Shown here: positions 1-11,357 of the stretch, piece by piece
Position numbering within the stretch: the first letter of the stretch is position 1
How the letters are laid out: every line of letters begins with the position of its first letter
DNA from: Rhizodiscina lignyota
Taxonomy: Eukaryota
Assembly (NCBI GenBank): GCA_010015805.1
Contig: ML978121.1
Span: 3,596,001 to 3,660,000, forward strand
Direction of reading: 5' to 3'
DNA: 64,000 nucleotides
Program-made: the position numbers and the translations under genes
Notes under the pieces: generated by a model
What the model was told of the DNA's origin: nothing
Seen by the model: the letters and a program-made list of their open reading frames with translations, nothing else
The model's database searches: none

Positions 1-1332
1 TTGCCCGTGATTCCATCCATGAATAAGGATCGTCGGTCATTTGAGTTTGCTTTTGCCCGATTCCACCTCACCTTCCAGATGTTAACATCACGCATGCTGT
101 CCCGCCTCTCCGGATCGTCAGTTGGACGAGGAACCAGCTTCGCGTCCGACACGTGGATTTGATGAAGTCGCTCTTTGTCCTTTTCCACAGCTTTGCGCGA
201 TCAGAGACAGCCGGTAGGAGCGTTTTCCGCACGGGCGCGAGATCGGGATGGGGAAATATGGAATCGAAAAGAAAATTCCTCAGGACTTCTGCATGAGCTT
301 GTTTCTCGTACTCGGCTGGCTACCACCGTTATTCCCACCAAGACGCTCGTGCGCGCACATTTCCTTCACAAAAATGCGCACCCATGAAAGGATAAAGGTG
401 TGTGAGGGCCCAAGGAGAGTGCCGCGAGAGACTCACACCCACGTTAAAATGGGGGGAGCCGCCATACGAGAGCCGCGCCGCAACGCCGTCCCTGGCTAAG
501 CGCCACACTTCACTCGGCTCTTTTTCATGTAATTTCCGCATCACAGCAGGCTAAGTCCAGCAAAGTCAAGCTCGCGATGCACGCTGGCCAGCACGTCAGA
601 TGCGGATTGCTCCCGCTCGTGCTCCACACTGCAAGTTCGCAAGCCGTGTCGACTCCAATTATTTCTGGCCCACATCAAATTTTCCCACTGCGAGGTTTAT
701 AATGCACCTCTTGATCTTGATTCATATGACGTCTTCACTGATCAAACAAGTCGACAGCAGTCTGCCGAGCGGTCGCCTCCATTTCGTCTGCACTTTGCGG
801 CGCTTCTTCTGCAAGCAGGATACGACACGTGCAGGAAGACACATCACTGGCCCACTTGGATCAATAGTGTGCCTCGTACAATGCCTCGCTACTGAGTCCT
901 CTCGTACAATCACACGGCAACTCCAAGCTTCCCAGCGCTTCTCGAAACACGAGGTTTCTGCTAACAGATCTATTCTTGAATTGCCGTACGTCTACAAACG
1001 TAGATCTTGTATTCGATCTTGTATTCGATCTTGTGCGGTTCCAGTTCGACGTTGCCACGTTGGTAGCGAAGAATCGTCTGTTTTATTAATTCCAAGTTCT
1101 CCACTCTTCGTTACATCCTCATTGGTATATATTGGTCTACATGTGCAGGCTCGTTTTTCAACTGTTGAGAAACGTACATATCGTTGCTTTCAACCACAAC
1201 ATTTATTTGTTCAATCCGACAGTTTCCTAATCCTACATTAGATAGTCCACCGCCTCGGAGATGCACGGGAAACCCACATCGACCTTGGCAAAGTGCGTGC
1301 CGGAAATACAATGTCTTGCTCTAAGTGGTCGT

Positions 1333-2100
1333 TCAGCGAAGAGTGATCTGCTCGTTCCTTCCACCTGCAGCCTGCCGCATGCCAATGTCAATGAATGCCA
1401 ACCCTATGCGTTCAGACACTCCATTTTCGTTCATCTCCACTGCCAGCGCGACGACGTGATGCCAACTGTCACCCAGCGCAGTGGCATGACTGATGACCGA
1501 AGGAACGCCTTCACGAATCCACGCAGTGAGCCAGACAAGTTCTACTAAGAACGGCTCTTCACCAGTTTCCGCGTCCAAGTAGAGGATTTTGGGGATATGC
1601 TTCCGCTCTTCGTTTGGGACAATGCGCTCCTTTTCAGGCGGATCATTTGTTGCGCAGAGGGAAGTGGAAGCGGTCGTTGTCCTTCAGATTAACCTTCTAG
1701 CTGTCGAACGCCGAGGCGTATTTGCCCGTCCTGGGATCCAGGATATCACATGCAACCGCAATATTATTCGGGTTTCTTGCAGACTTACTCTGTCTCTACT
1801 TCTTCCCGGAATCTTGTGCGCCCAGAAATTGCGTATCGGCGAATGGCGTGCCACGAGTGCGATATATCATCCTTTCAAAGCCTCGGAATGCGTTAAGAAT
1901 GTCTGATTCGTATGTCAACAGATGCTCCCTGGATGCAAGGACGAGCTTCGAGTAGAATTCAAACGACGCTCATAGGCACCATTTCCAAGTGTCCCGTCCG
2001 AATCGAGCATATTGTGCCAGTAGTGAAAGTATGGTCAAAGTGCTCTCACCGCAGATTGCGTCCATTTGGTCAATTTGAAACATTAACAATCTCCCGAGAA
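1333..2100 (-). pseudogene. Decayed HET-domain (heterokaryon incompatibility) gene relic
   Basis: Minus-strand fragments: QIDQMDAICGESTLTILSL (2077-2021, resembles the HET core QIxxMDxIYxxAxLTII), FEFYSKLV...LTYESDILNAFRGF (about 1963-1877) and ALAVEMNENGVSERIGLAFIDI (about 1450-1385). Stops at 1972-1970 and 1798-1796, plus a frame change. Confidence 0.6.
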
Positions 2101-2769
2101 AGTAATAGACACTTTAAGGGTGTGTCCGTCGCACTTTTGCGTACCTCCCATTGTCTATCAATGAAATGACCCAGTTGACACGAGAGCCATTGAACAGTGT
2201 CGAAAAGTCTATAGTGCTGCATTACGCGCAGAAGTTGTCATCTGTGATCTTTGCGGCGAGGAGTTCGGAACGGAATGGGACGTTTCTGCAAGGTTCCAGC
2301 CATGATACATAATGAGTCGTTTGACATTAGGCACAGCGTGGAAGGGTTAGGGTTGGGGTTGATCTACTTCAAGTCAAATATACTTTTCACAGCCCTCAGC
2401 GTATAATCACGCTGAACAATCAATAAGATGTGAAATATACGCAATCTTATATTAGAAATGCTCTTAGCTCGGGACTTAGATGAAAATGGAGCTGCAATTG
2501 TAGATTGCTGTATTCCTCTGAGCTGAAACTTAATAACCACCAGGAGACAAACATTAAAGACACACATTACTTAAAACTCACATACCACCGACTTCGAAAA
2601 CCCATCAGTTCTATGCACAAGAGTTAAGCCGACGTATATCAACAAAATGAATCACCGACTGAGCAGTTTACTGCCCATCCTTCTCCGCCTCGCTCACCAC
2701 CAAGACGAGAGAGACCAGAGGTTGGCGTTCACTGACATTGTTATGTAGCTATCTCCCGACGAACGTAAC

Positions 2770-3260
2770 GAGAAGATCACCCATCGCTGAAGGGCCGCTT
2801 AGAGCAATGCATGGCACTTTTCTGTGCGTTCTCCACCTTGATCGATATGCTCCTCTGTAACTCTCCAAGCGGTATTCAGCTGCCACATCGGCATTCATTG
2901 ACATGAGCATAGCAGGCCTCTGATCGCAGAAAGCACAAGCTCACCTTCGCCAAGGACCGCTTGGAGTAATACCTGGCGCTTCATTGTACACTCTCGAGCA
3001 AGATAATTGCGCCCCTCTGTGAATCTCGAAGCGGTATTCAGCTGAGGCATTAGCGTTGATTAACATCGGTATATGGCAGTCTCTGACGGCCATAGGCACA
3101 AGATCACACCTTGCTGAAGGACTGCTTGGAGTAATTCACGGCGCTTTTTCTGCATGCTCTCCACATTCTTCGACATTAATATCTGGCAGGCCTCCGATCG
3201 TAGGAACGACATGCCAACCCTGCGCTGAAGGGCCGCTTGGAGCAACGCATGGCGCCGTGC
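2770..3260. repeat. Degenerate tandem repeat, unit about 163 bp (3 units plus a shortened fourth)
   Basis: Motif (c/t)gc(tg/c)aagg(g/a)c(c/t)gctt(a/g)gag(c/t)aa at 2785, 2948, 3112 and 3223; AAGCGGTATTCAGCTG at 2867 and 3029. Confidence 0.75.
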
Positions 3261-3625
3261 TGCATGCCCTCTGCCAAAGATTATCACGTTCTTCCATAAG
3301 TCCTGAGCATGAAAGCGGCTGTCCGCCCCCAACAAGAGACACTCCGACAGACATATCATGGCTCAGACTCTGCTGGCGGCATATCATATCGTGAGAAGTT
3401 ACTGCCTGCTCGCACGACATCACTCAAGAGACACAGTATGTATTTTCATGCCCTTCATTTCATTATTACCCGTGCCTACTCCACACGCCCTCGCTTCACA
3501 CGCAAGATGCCAAATGCTTTGCTATTTGCAGAACGCAGCACACAGAAAGGGACGCAGAAAAGCCAAAAAACCAAAATGCCGCCGGTATGCCGTGCTTGCT
3601 CGTAGTTGTACAGAAAAGAGGAAAG

Positions 3626-3642
3626 AAAAAAAAAAAAAAAAA
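3626..3642. repeat. Poly(A) tract (poly-T on the minus strand, downstream of the 4108-6945 gene)
   Basis: 17 consecutive A. Confidence 0.9.
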
Positions 3643-4107
3643 GAAAAGCTCCGCCACGCAAATGTTTTACCCAAGGACCGCACTCGCCTCGCTCGCCGTC
3701 GCCATTTTTAATCGCCAGAAAAGAGGATGTCACCGCAAACGCTTCACAATGGAAAGGAAAAAGGGGGAAGAGAAACACACCGCTACGAAGTGGTATCAAA
3801 ACTCGTCAGTTCTCCCCGCTTGAACGCACGCACGTCACCGATCCATTCCGTGCAAGGAGGCAACAAACCAAATGCCAGAAACTACAAGCAGGAAAAGAAA
3901 ATCGTCAACTTTTCACCCCTGTACTGGGCGGACACACGAAGAGAAAAGGAAAAAGCAGCCGCCAGAAGTGCACAAAGCATCCACCAATCTTCCCACCCAC
4001 TCCTCCATCTCAATGACAGCCAACCTTCCAACTTTTCACCCTGTAAAAGGGCGCTTAACCAAACCCAAAAAGCCACCAAAGTGAAGTCTCGACCAATCAT
4101 CAACCAC

Positions 4108-6945
4108 TCACTCGCCACCCCCCGTAGTGCGACTCCTCTCATCCTCCTCAATGACATCACTCAAGCGCGTCGGATGATGATGTCGTCCAGCTGCAATCCC
4201 CTCCCACGGCGGCTGTGGCTGATAGCCCTCGTAGCCCTCGCCCTCGTAGTCCGGGCGCGTCTGCACCTGCGGCGGCATCGGGGCCTGCGGCGCTTGCGGC
4301 ACCTGGAGCTGTCCCTGGCCCTGCTGAACTTGGCCCTGCTGTCCTTGCACCCTAGCGGCAGAAGTAGGACCGGCAGAAGTAAGACCGGCACGGCCACCAG
4401 CCATCGCAGCGGCAGTTTGGGCAGCGACCATCGCGGCGCTGCTTGATGGTGGAATGGATGGGTACGTCGGCACACCCGCTCCTGGGCCGTGAGCAGCTGC
4501 CGCACCATACTGTCTCGCCAACTGTCTCTCCCTCTCGACCTCAGCAGCAACGTCCATCTCATCATCATCCTGGCCATCGACACCCGAAACGCGCAAGCCG
4601 CGACGCCAGAGGATCGGTCGGCCAGTCATGTCGTACCGAATATTGCCGTGCTCGTCGATCTCGTACTCTTCTTCGCCTTCGTCGAGCTCGGAGTCTCCGT
4701 CTCCTTCGGAGGGTGAAGGAATATATGAAGCGGAACCGGACGTGCGCTGCTCGGGGGATGCAATTGCGGATGCGCCGCCTTGCTGGGACTCGACCGATGC
4801 GGTAGGGTGGGCGTACATTCCTTGTGGAGGAGGCATTGGACCCGGGTCGTGGTACGAACGCTGCTGTGAGGAGCTTGGTCCTGCGGCGGCCTGCTGCTGC
4901 GGCGTAGGGATGATAGTCCTCTGACTTGCGCTGCTAGTCGCAGGCGTTGCACTGGATGGAGGATACTGGGCGTACTGCGCGCCATGACCAGATTGTGGCT
5001 GAACCGGTCCCTGACCACGATGCTCCGTGAAGGGATCGGTATCCGTGGGACTGGGGCCTTCGGCATACTCCTGCGCAGCGTAAGTAGTACCTGCTTGACT
5101 TTGATATTGGTTAGATGCTCCCTCCCTTGTACCTGGCCTCTGGCTCACACTGGCCTGCCTGCTCGCACCCGCCATGGTGGGGAAGACCTGCACGCCTCCA
5201 ATCAGGATAGGCACACCTTCTCTCAGAGCATTGACACGCTCCCTCTCCTCAGTCTCGCGGCGTCCAAGCTCCTCCCATGCGCGTCTTGCCTCGTCCTTGC
5301 TGATGGCCAACTCGCGCCTCGCCTCTTCGGCAATCTTCTCCGCGCGTCTGGCCCGGCGTTCAATGCCCTCGACCTCCTGCTCACTGTTTCGCTTCTTGCC
5401 GCGCTCCTCGATCAGCTGGCGCTCGAGCTCGGCGTTCATCTCTTGGGCTCGTTCCATGTCGGACCTCGTCTCGAAGAACCAGCGCTGGAACTTGCGCTCG
5501 CTTGAGGCTCTCAGACGCTGCAGCTCGACCACAGCATGGAACAGATTGGCGCCCGCGGCAGCGAGATCGGTGATCTGGCGGCTCATCTGGTTGCCCAGGG
5601 GAATGCGGTTGACATCCTCCGCGTCGTTCTCCAGCTTGTGGATCCAGAATGAGGTGAGACCTTCCCAGTGGGAGGAGAGTTCTTCCCAGCGCTCGAAGGC
5701 GTGAGGGAAGGACGACTGAGTGGATCGAGGTTGCTGCTGTGTCGACGGACCGGCTTCTGCTTGGGGTTGCTGAGGCGCGGATGGAGCGCGGCGTCGAGAG
5801 GGTCCCGGTTCCGTCTGAGGGCCTTGAGGTCCGCGGGGTTGAGGAGGTGGGCCGCGCTGTTGTGCTCCTGCGGCTGCAGGCTGTTGCTGTGACGGGACTG
5901 GACGAGGCTCGCCTTGACTCTGAGTGTTCGCTCTCTGCCTACCAGGCTGCGAAGGAATGGGCGGTGGTTGGGGCAAAGGACCCATACTCGACTCTCCTTG
6001 TCCGGAAGTCATGTAGCCCGAATCACCAGTCTGACCCCTATGAGGTCCAGCAGCCGAGCTCTGCGTTCTCCTGTGACCGCTAGGTTGCAGCGGCTGTCCT
6101 GGTCCACCGACAGTTGCTTGTGCTTGCTGTGCGCGCTCTCTCCTCTTCTGCTCCTCTGCCATTGCTCGTCTCGCCCTCTCCTCTTCTTGTGCTTGGTGAA
6201 GTCTCGCTGCCTCGGCAGTCTCGGCTCTGCGTCGCCTATCTGCCATGATCTGTGTCGGTGTTCGCATGCCCGGGCTCCTGCTTCCTTCGCGCGGCGCGCT
6301 CTCTGGGATTGGTGGTGGTTGCTGGAGACCTTGCGTCACTGGAACTGGGCCAATCGATCTCGCGCCACCACCACTGGTGGCAGCTATGCGGCCGTTGCCG
6401 CCGGTAAGATCTGACATCTGGGCGTTCTCTTCCTCCAGGACTGGCGTGAAGGGTTTTGGTTCGCGGATGGCAGTTTCAAGAACCCACTGGATTGCAGATG
6501 CTCTGCCGCGAGAAATGCGAAGTGCAGGATGTGTTGGGACTGGATAGCGAGATCGGACGTCTGCCGCGGAGGTGGATGACGCGCGTGGCCGCGGTGGTGT
6601 TTCGGCGAAGCGGACTGTTGGTTGGGGCGGAGTTTGTTCTTGTTGTTCGGGAGAAGACTGGACAATTGGAGAGTCGAAAGAGGCAGATCTTGGTCGGAAA
6701 GGTAGACGTGACTCTTCAAGGTTTGGTGTTCTCCGCAGGACTTGAGATGTAGCGCTGCCGGAGGAGGTTGAAGGTCTCGAGTACGGGTTGTAGGGTGTTC
6801 GTGGTTGTTGTAGGAGGGATGGATTGAAGGTGCCTGCCCGTGGGGGAAGGTCGTGTTCGTGCTCGTGAACGTCGTGGGGCTCGTTAGGATCTGGAGTGGA
6901 TGTGCGCTGCACGCTGGGCCAGCGGAAGAGGTGTGGTGAAGTCAA
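4108..6945 (-). CDS. Fungal hypothetical protein, Pro/Gln-rich with a central coiled coil; start codon uncertain
   Basis: 945-codon open frame with a structured core (SSFPHAFERWEELSSHWEGLTSFWIHKLE...ASSERKFQRWFFETR) and an E/R-rich coiled coil. First in-frame ATG is at 6417 (codon 177); TTG at 6945. Confidence 0.85.
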   Translation of the reverse strand: MTSPHLFRWPSVQRTSTPDPNEPHDVHEHEHDLPPRAGTFNPSLLQQPRTPYNPYSRPSTSSGSATSQVLRRTPNLEESRLPFRPRSASFDSPIVQSSPEQQEQTPPQPTVRFAETPPRPRASSTSAADVRSRYPVPTHPALRISRGRASAIQWVLETAIREPKPFTPVLEEENAQMSDLTGGNGRIAATSGGGARSIGPVPVTQGLQQPPPIPESAPREGSRSPGMRTPTQIMADRRRRAETAEAARLHQAQEEERARRAMAEEQKRRERAQQAQATVGGPGQPLQPSGHRRTQSSAAGPHRGQTGDSGYMTSGQGESSMGPLPQPPPIPSQPGRQRANTQSQGEPRPVPSQQQPAAAGAQQRGPPPQPRGPQGPQTEPGPSRRRAPSAPQQPQAEAGPSTQQQPRSTQSSFPHAFERWEELSSHWEGLTSFWIHKLENDAEDVNRIPLGNQMSRQITDLAAAGANLFHAVVELQRLRASSERKFQRWFFETRSDMERAQEMNAELERQLIEERGKKRNSEQEVEGIERRARRAEKIAEEARRELAISKDEARRAWEELGRRETEERERVNALREGVPILIGGVQVFPTMAGASRQASVSQRPGTREGASNQYQSQAGTTYAAQEYAEGPSPTDTDPFTEHRGQGPVQPQSGHGAQYAQYPPSSATPATSSASQRTIIPTPQQQAAAGPSSSQQRSYHDPGPMPPPQGMYAHPTASVESQQGGASAIASPEQRTSGSASYIPSPSEGDGDSELDEGEEEYEIDEHGNIRYDMTGRPILWRRGLRVSGVDGQDDDEMDVAAEVERERQLARQYGAAAAHGPGAGVPTYPSIPPSSSAAMVAAQTAAAMAGGRAGLTSAGPTSAARVQGQQGQVQQGQGQLQVPQAPQAPMPPQVQTRPDYEGEGYEGYQPQPPWEGIAAGRHHHPTRLSDVIEEDERSRTTGGGE

Positions 6946-8666
6946 TGTGAAGCTTCAGCGTTAGGCTCCGCTGGTGCCTGAGTGAGGCAAGCAAGTGGGA
7001 GAGCACGCCTAACGCGGTGGCGGAGGAGCGGACGCGACCGCGTGTGAAGGAGGTGTTGTTGTTGTGGTTGCACAGGTGGTGTGTGAAGTGCTAGCTAGTG
7101 CTGGGTGTGGTATGACGAGGCGTGTGCTGTGAGCAAGGAAGCTCGAGTCCCTGGCAAAAGTCGAGTGTTAGAAGATCTGGCTCATCGGCGACAGCTAGCA
7201 GAGCTAGATTCATGGCGCACGGGGGTCAATGGACGCGTGGTTGGGAAAAGTGTCGAGGCTGGGCGAGTAGTAAATGGCGAGGTTGGCAGAACAGCACGGC
7301 AGCGCGCAACACTTACAACACCACCGCTCCGCACGCCCCAAACGGCGCACCGCGACCCCCGATGAGCTCTGCCACTGGCGCAACAGTGGCCGAGAGGCTC
7401 ATAATCTTGCCAGCTGCGAGACAGGCGTGAGTTGCGCGCGATTCGTTTGTCGAGCCGTACCTGGTGCACCGACCTCGACGCTGGTGCAGCGCACAGCGGA
7501 ATTTCGAGCGGGCTGCCGCGCGCGTCCACTCCGGGCGCCGCTGCAGGAGAGTGTGGCGACGTCGAGTCTGGCTGGGCGGCGCGAGTGCGAAGCTGTCGGA
7601 GTGCAATGGCTCGGTGCTCTGCGAGTGTTGCGTCTGCAGTGGGCGTGAGATGGGCGTTGGCGTGTTGCTTTGTTGCGCAGCGCAGCTCGTCGGTACGCAA
7701 GCCAGGCACATCCCTGCGCCTCCAGCGGACGGCCCGCCAGCCTGCTCGAGGCCGTCATCTCAATGCAATGCCGGGTTATCGAAACGAGCCGTCTGCGCTC
7801 TGCTCTCGCGTTGCAGAGCAGGCCGACCTCAGATGGGATGACGTCGCCCTTTTAAACGGGTCGTCTGCCACATTCCTAACGCTCGCGGCCATTGACCAAT
7901 CACCACGCCCAGCACCACCTTCACTCGGTGCGGCGCGCAGCGGGTAGCAGAGACGCGCGACGGGGATTCCCTGAGCTGGCCTTGGACAGCATCTCAAATC
8001 GAGAGAGGCTGCTCGTCGCCTGTCTCGTCGCCGCGAAGCGCTCTGGGTTCGCGTGCGGGGATGCACGGGGGTGTGGTACTGCCTAAGGCACGCTCAGGGC
8101 CGCTGCATCGGTTTGTGCTACACCAAAACCGAGACATGCACCGCATCTCCATGCCCCGATCGTGATAGCCCTAGCCGCTGCCGTCTCTTAGTTGCCTTAT
8201 GCGAGTGACAACTCGGGCCGTCCCACCAAACGCCGCTTCATTTGGTTGTGCGGACGACTTCCGTCTTCCTTCCACACTCAACATCTTTCGTCTGTCCAAT
8301 CTCTCTTCCCGAAAATATGTCCTTAACCGTCGTGAGCTTCGTTTGTCGAGGTCAATGCCGAGCCCGACTGCAGCCTGCCGTCTACGCTGTACGGAGTATG
8401 TGGCTTAATGCGAATGGCTGGTGAAGCGTTGTAGGTGCCTGATAATGCCTTGTATAATATAGCTTCTCGCCAGCTATCTGTACTATCTATAAGAATAGTC
8501 TTGTTTGAGCATATCTCAATGTTATCTCGTTCAAGATCCTTTCCAAGTCCATTCCTTAATCCCATATATTCATCCCGACAATGCCCAAGCCCGGACGCCA
8601 GCAATGCAAACCTCTCCAAAACGACTGTGTACCAATATCTAAAACTCACATATCGGCATCTGTCAA

Positions 8667-10194
8667 TCATTCTTCCCCCACTGCAGCCCTGACATACCCC
8701 TTCCTCCTCTCCACAAACCACTCAAACAGGAACGCGAACCCCGTAGTCGTACTAATCAACAGCGTCACCACTGAAAAGATCACCAAGTTCTTGAACATGC
8801 CGAGGCCATACTCTTCCCTAACGACTTCGTGCCCGAGCAATCCGGCTGCAATCGGGCCAGCCAATAACATCGACAGGCCTCTTTCGAAGCTGCACCACCC
8901 GTACACTGTATACAGCTCCGCGTGACTATGCGTAAGATGTCCTATCGCGCGGTACCACAGCACGCTGTAACTCCCCGCGAAGAACCCCCAGATACCGGAG
9001 AAGACCGCCAACGGCGTAAACGTCTTCGCCGGACCCCAAAGGAGCAGCGCAGCGAGGCCGGAAAATAGCGTTGCAACGGTGGTCGGGATGTGCGGGTGCA
9101 TCTTGTCTGAGAAGTGGCCGAGGAGCATCTGTCCCGTGACTTGTGCGAGCGAATTGATGGCGAGCAACACATCGCCAGTTGTGTGGGACAGGCCGAGGGA
9201 GGTGCTGAAGGAGGGGAGGAAGATAGGGGGCAGGAAGAATGCGAGCCCTTGGAGGAAGACGGCAAGGGCGAAGAAGTAGATGTACGGGTTGCGGAGGAAG
9301 GCGTATTTGTTCGGGATGGGCTTGGGAATCTCGGATGCAGAAGCTTTGGGTGAGGAGGAAAACGTATGGTGCTCGGGATGTCCGACTGGGGTGCGCGGTC
9401 TGACGAGGAACAGACCCGGCCCACTAAAGAAGATCGTGAAGACCACGAAGCATCGCAGCGTGTTACGGAAGCCGAAGCGGTGGCACGACGACTCGAGGAT
9501 GAAAGGTAAGATGAGTCCGCTGATGCCAGACGCGCCGAAGAAGATGCCAAATGCGAGGCCACGGCGCTTGTTGAACCAGTCTGGAATCCAGAGTAAAAAA
9601 GGGCCATATCCAATCACCCACATGAAGCCGTACATGAAGCCCTGGGTAAGAATGAGGTGCCATACTTCGGTCGCGAAGCTGGCGAGGATGAGAGAGAGCA
9701 GGGTGCCTAGCCAACCGAATACGATCATGTAGCGTTGGATATGGGGGTAGCGGAGGGCGATTGCGTTGGTGACTGGGACGCCGAGGTAGGAGAGGGAGAT
9801 GGTGAGGGCGCCGATGGTGGGGATGTTCTTGTCGTTTTTGAATTCGGGGAGTGAAGAATAGTAGGACTGGAATACTCCAAACGCAAGTGGAAAACCTATT
9901 GTCGAATGCTTCAGTCATAATACTCTTATTCCATTCTACGAATTTTCACAACTTACCCCACAGAGTAGCTTCTAGCAACCATATGCCTAGAAGAAACGAC
10001 CAAGCTCCTCTTCCTACATCCTGAGGAGGTAGTCCGGGAAAGTGCTCATCGTGCTCATGCTCGGAGAGTAGCAGTTGTGACAAGTCTGTGTTGCTCGAGT
10101 TTGTAGAACCGGACAGACGCTTTAGGGAAATGTCATCGCGGAACTCGGAGTCCGCCAGCGTCGACGAGCGTGCATACCTTTCAGAGGCAGACAT
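8667..10194 (-). CDS. MFS transporter, monocarboxylate porter (MCT/Mch-like) family
   Basis: Exons 10194-9957 and 9895-8667 (GTAAGT...TAG). Splice gives LPPQDVGRGAW...LWGFPLAFGVFQSYY; also WFNKRRGLAFG and multiple TM helices. Confidence 0.9.
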
Positions 10195-11357
10195 TACACA
10201 GAAGTGAAACCATCAGGTAAGGACTGTGAAAGGGAGGACAATTGTGAAAGTGGAACAGCATATGTAGTGACATATGAGGTAATAGACCAAGGCCCAAGAT
10301 TTGAGATGCAGGAAAAGAGGTAGGGATAAGGTATGGCTTTCCGCTGCGGGAAGGCTGAATAACGCAAATGAAATGCTGAAATGTGGAGAACTTGCCAACC
10401 GATGATGTATCTACGGAGGGGTAGAAGCTAGCTACCTAGGTAGCTGTCTAGATGGTCGTTCCAATCAAATATGTCGCTGGACGAACAGGTATCTGACCTG
10501 CATATCGTATGGTTGCTCAGGCCTCAGCAAACCTCTGTGAATGCCTGATGAATAGGAAGTAGCCCATGCTTCGTCAAACCTCACATGCTCGTCCGAAATT
10601 GCAAGTCTGTGGCTTCCCGACGGCGACACAGCTATCCGCTGAGACCTGGCCTATCGTGACTAGCCATCTGCGTATTAGGCTCGCTGTCAATCGCGTGCTT
10701 GAGCGAGCACCAAGGCGCCGTTGTGGCCGTTTTCACTGCACGTGGTCGGAGTTGGAGTAGGAGTACACAACGATGTAAGCGCAGGCTACCTATCCAGGAA
10801 CAGGAAAGCCAGGAGCATGCTTGAGGATAGATTATCGAAGACCAATATGGTCAACACAGGCAATAGAAGAGCTGAGAAGGCTTGCAGCAAATGTCTTTCG
10901 AAATGCGAAGGATGGAGGTGATAAGAAAATGGGCCAGAAAGCAGACGTGCGGACCGAAGGAGCCATATGGAGGCCGATCCTCAGCCAACCAATCAGAGGC
11001 CGCCATTTGCGGAATTTCACCTTGGAAACCTCCGCCAACTGGTCGAGCAGCATCTTTATTTCAACCTCTATCCACCAACAGCGCATTACGCTGCAAGAAA
11101 GCTGTCTGCCAACAAGCTCTACAGTGTATGCAATTTGCGCTCTCCTATTATCTGTGCCTATCTGAAACAATCTGTAGTGATGGTGACGCCTTTCCATCAC
11201 GACCAGCCTCTCCCAGCCCTTTCTGCCAGCCATCGTAAGTAGCTACTACCAATACAAGAGCACCCTCTCTCGCATCGGGGATTTTTCTAATCATGAGCTC
11301 TCTGTCGCTTCAATCCTACTCTCATTATTCTTTGCGCGCTATTGTTTTTGTCGCTTT

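Noticed and set aside
600..1241. 213-aa plus-strand ORF with a 12-bp tandem repeat near 1003-1033
   Set aside because: Random-looking composition and no motif; the repeat is a trivial slippage product.
2344..2360. GGGTTAGGGTTGGGGTT, telomere-like
   Set aside because: Only one perfect TTAGGG unit; too short to call an interstitial telomere.
7105..8086. Many overlapping ORFs on both strands
   Set aside because: GC-rich leader or promoter DNA depleted of stop codons; no domain. Only 7711-7317 is retained, as an alternative first exon.
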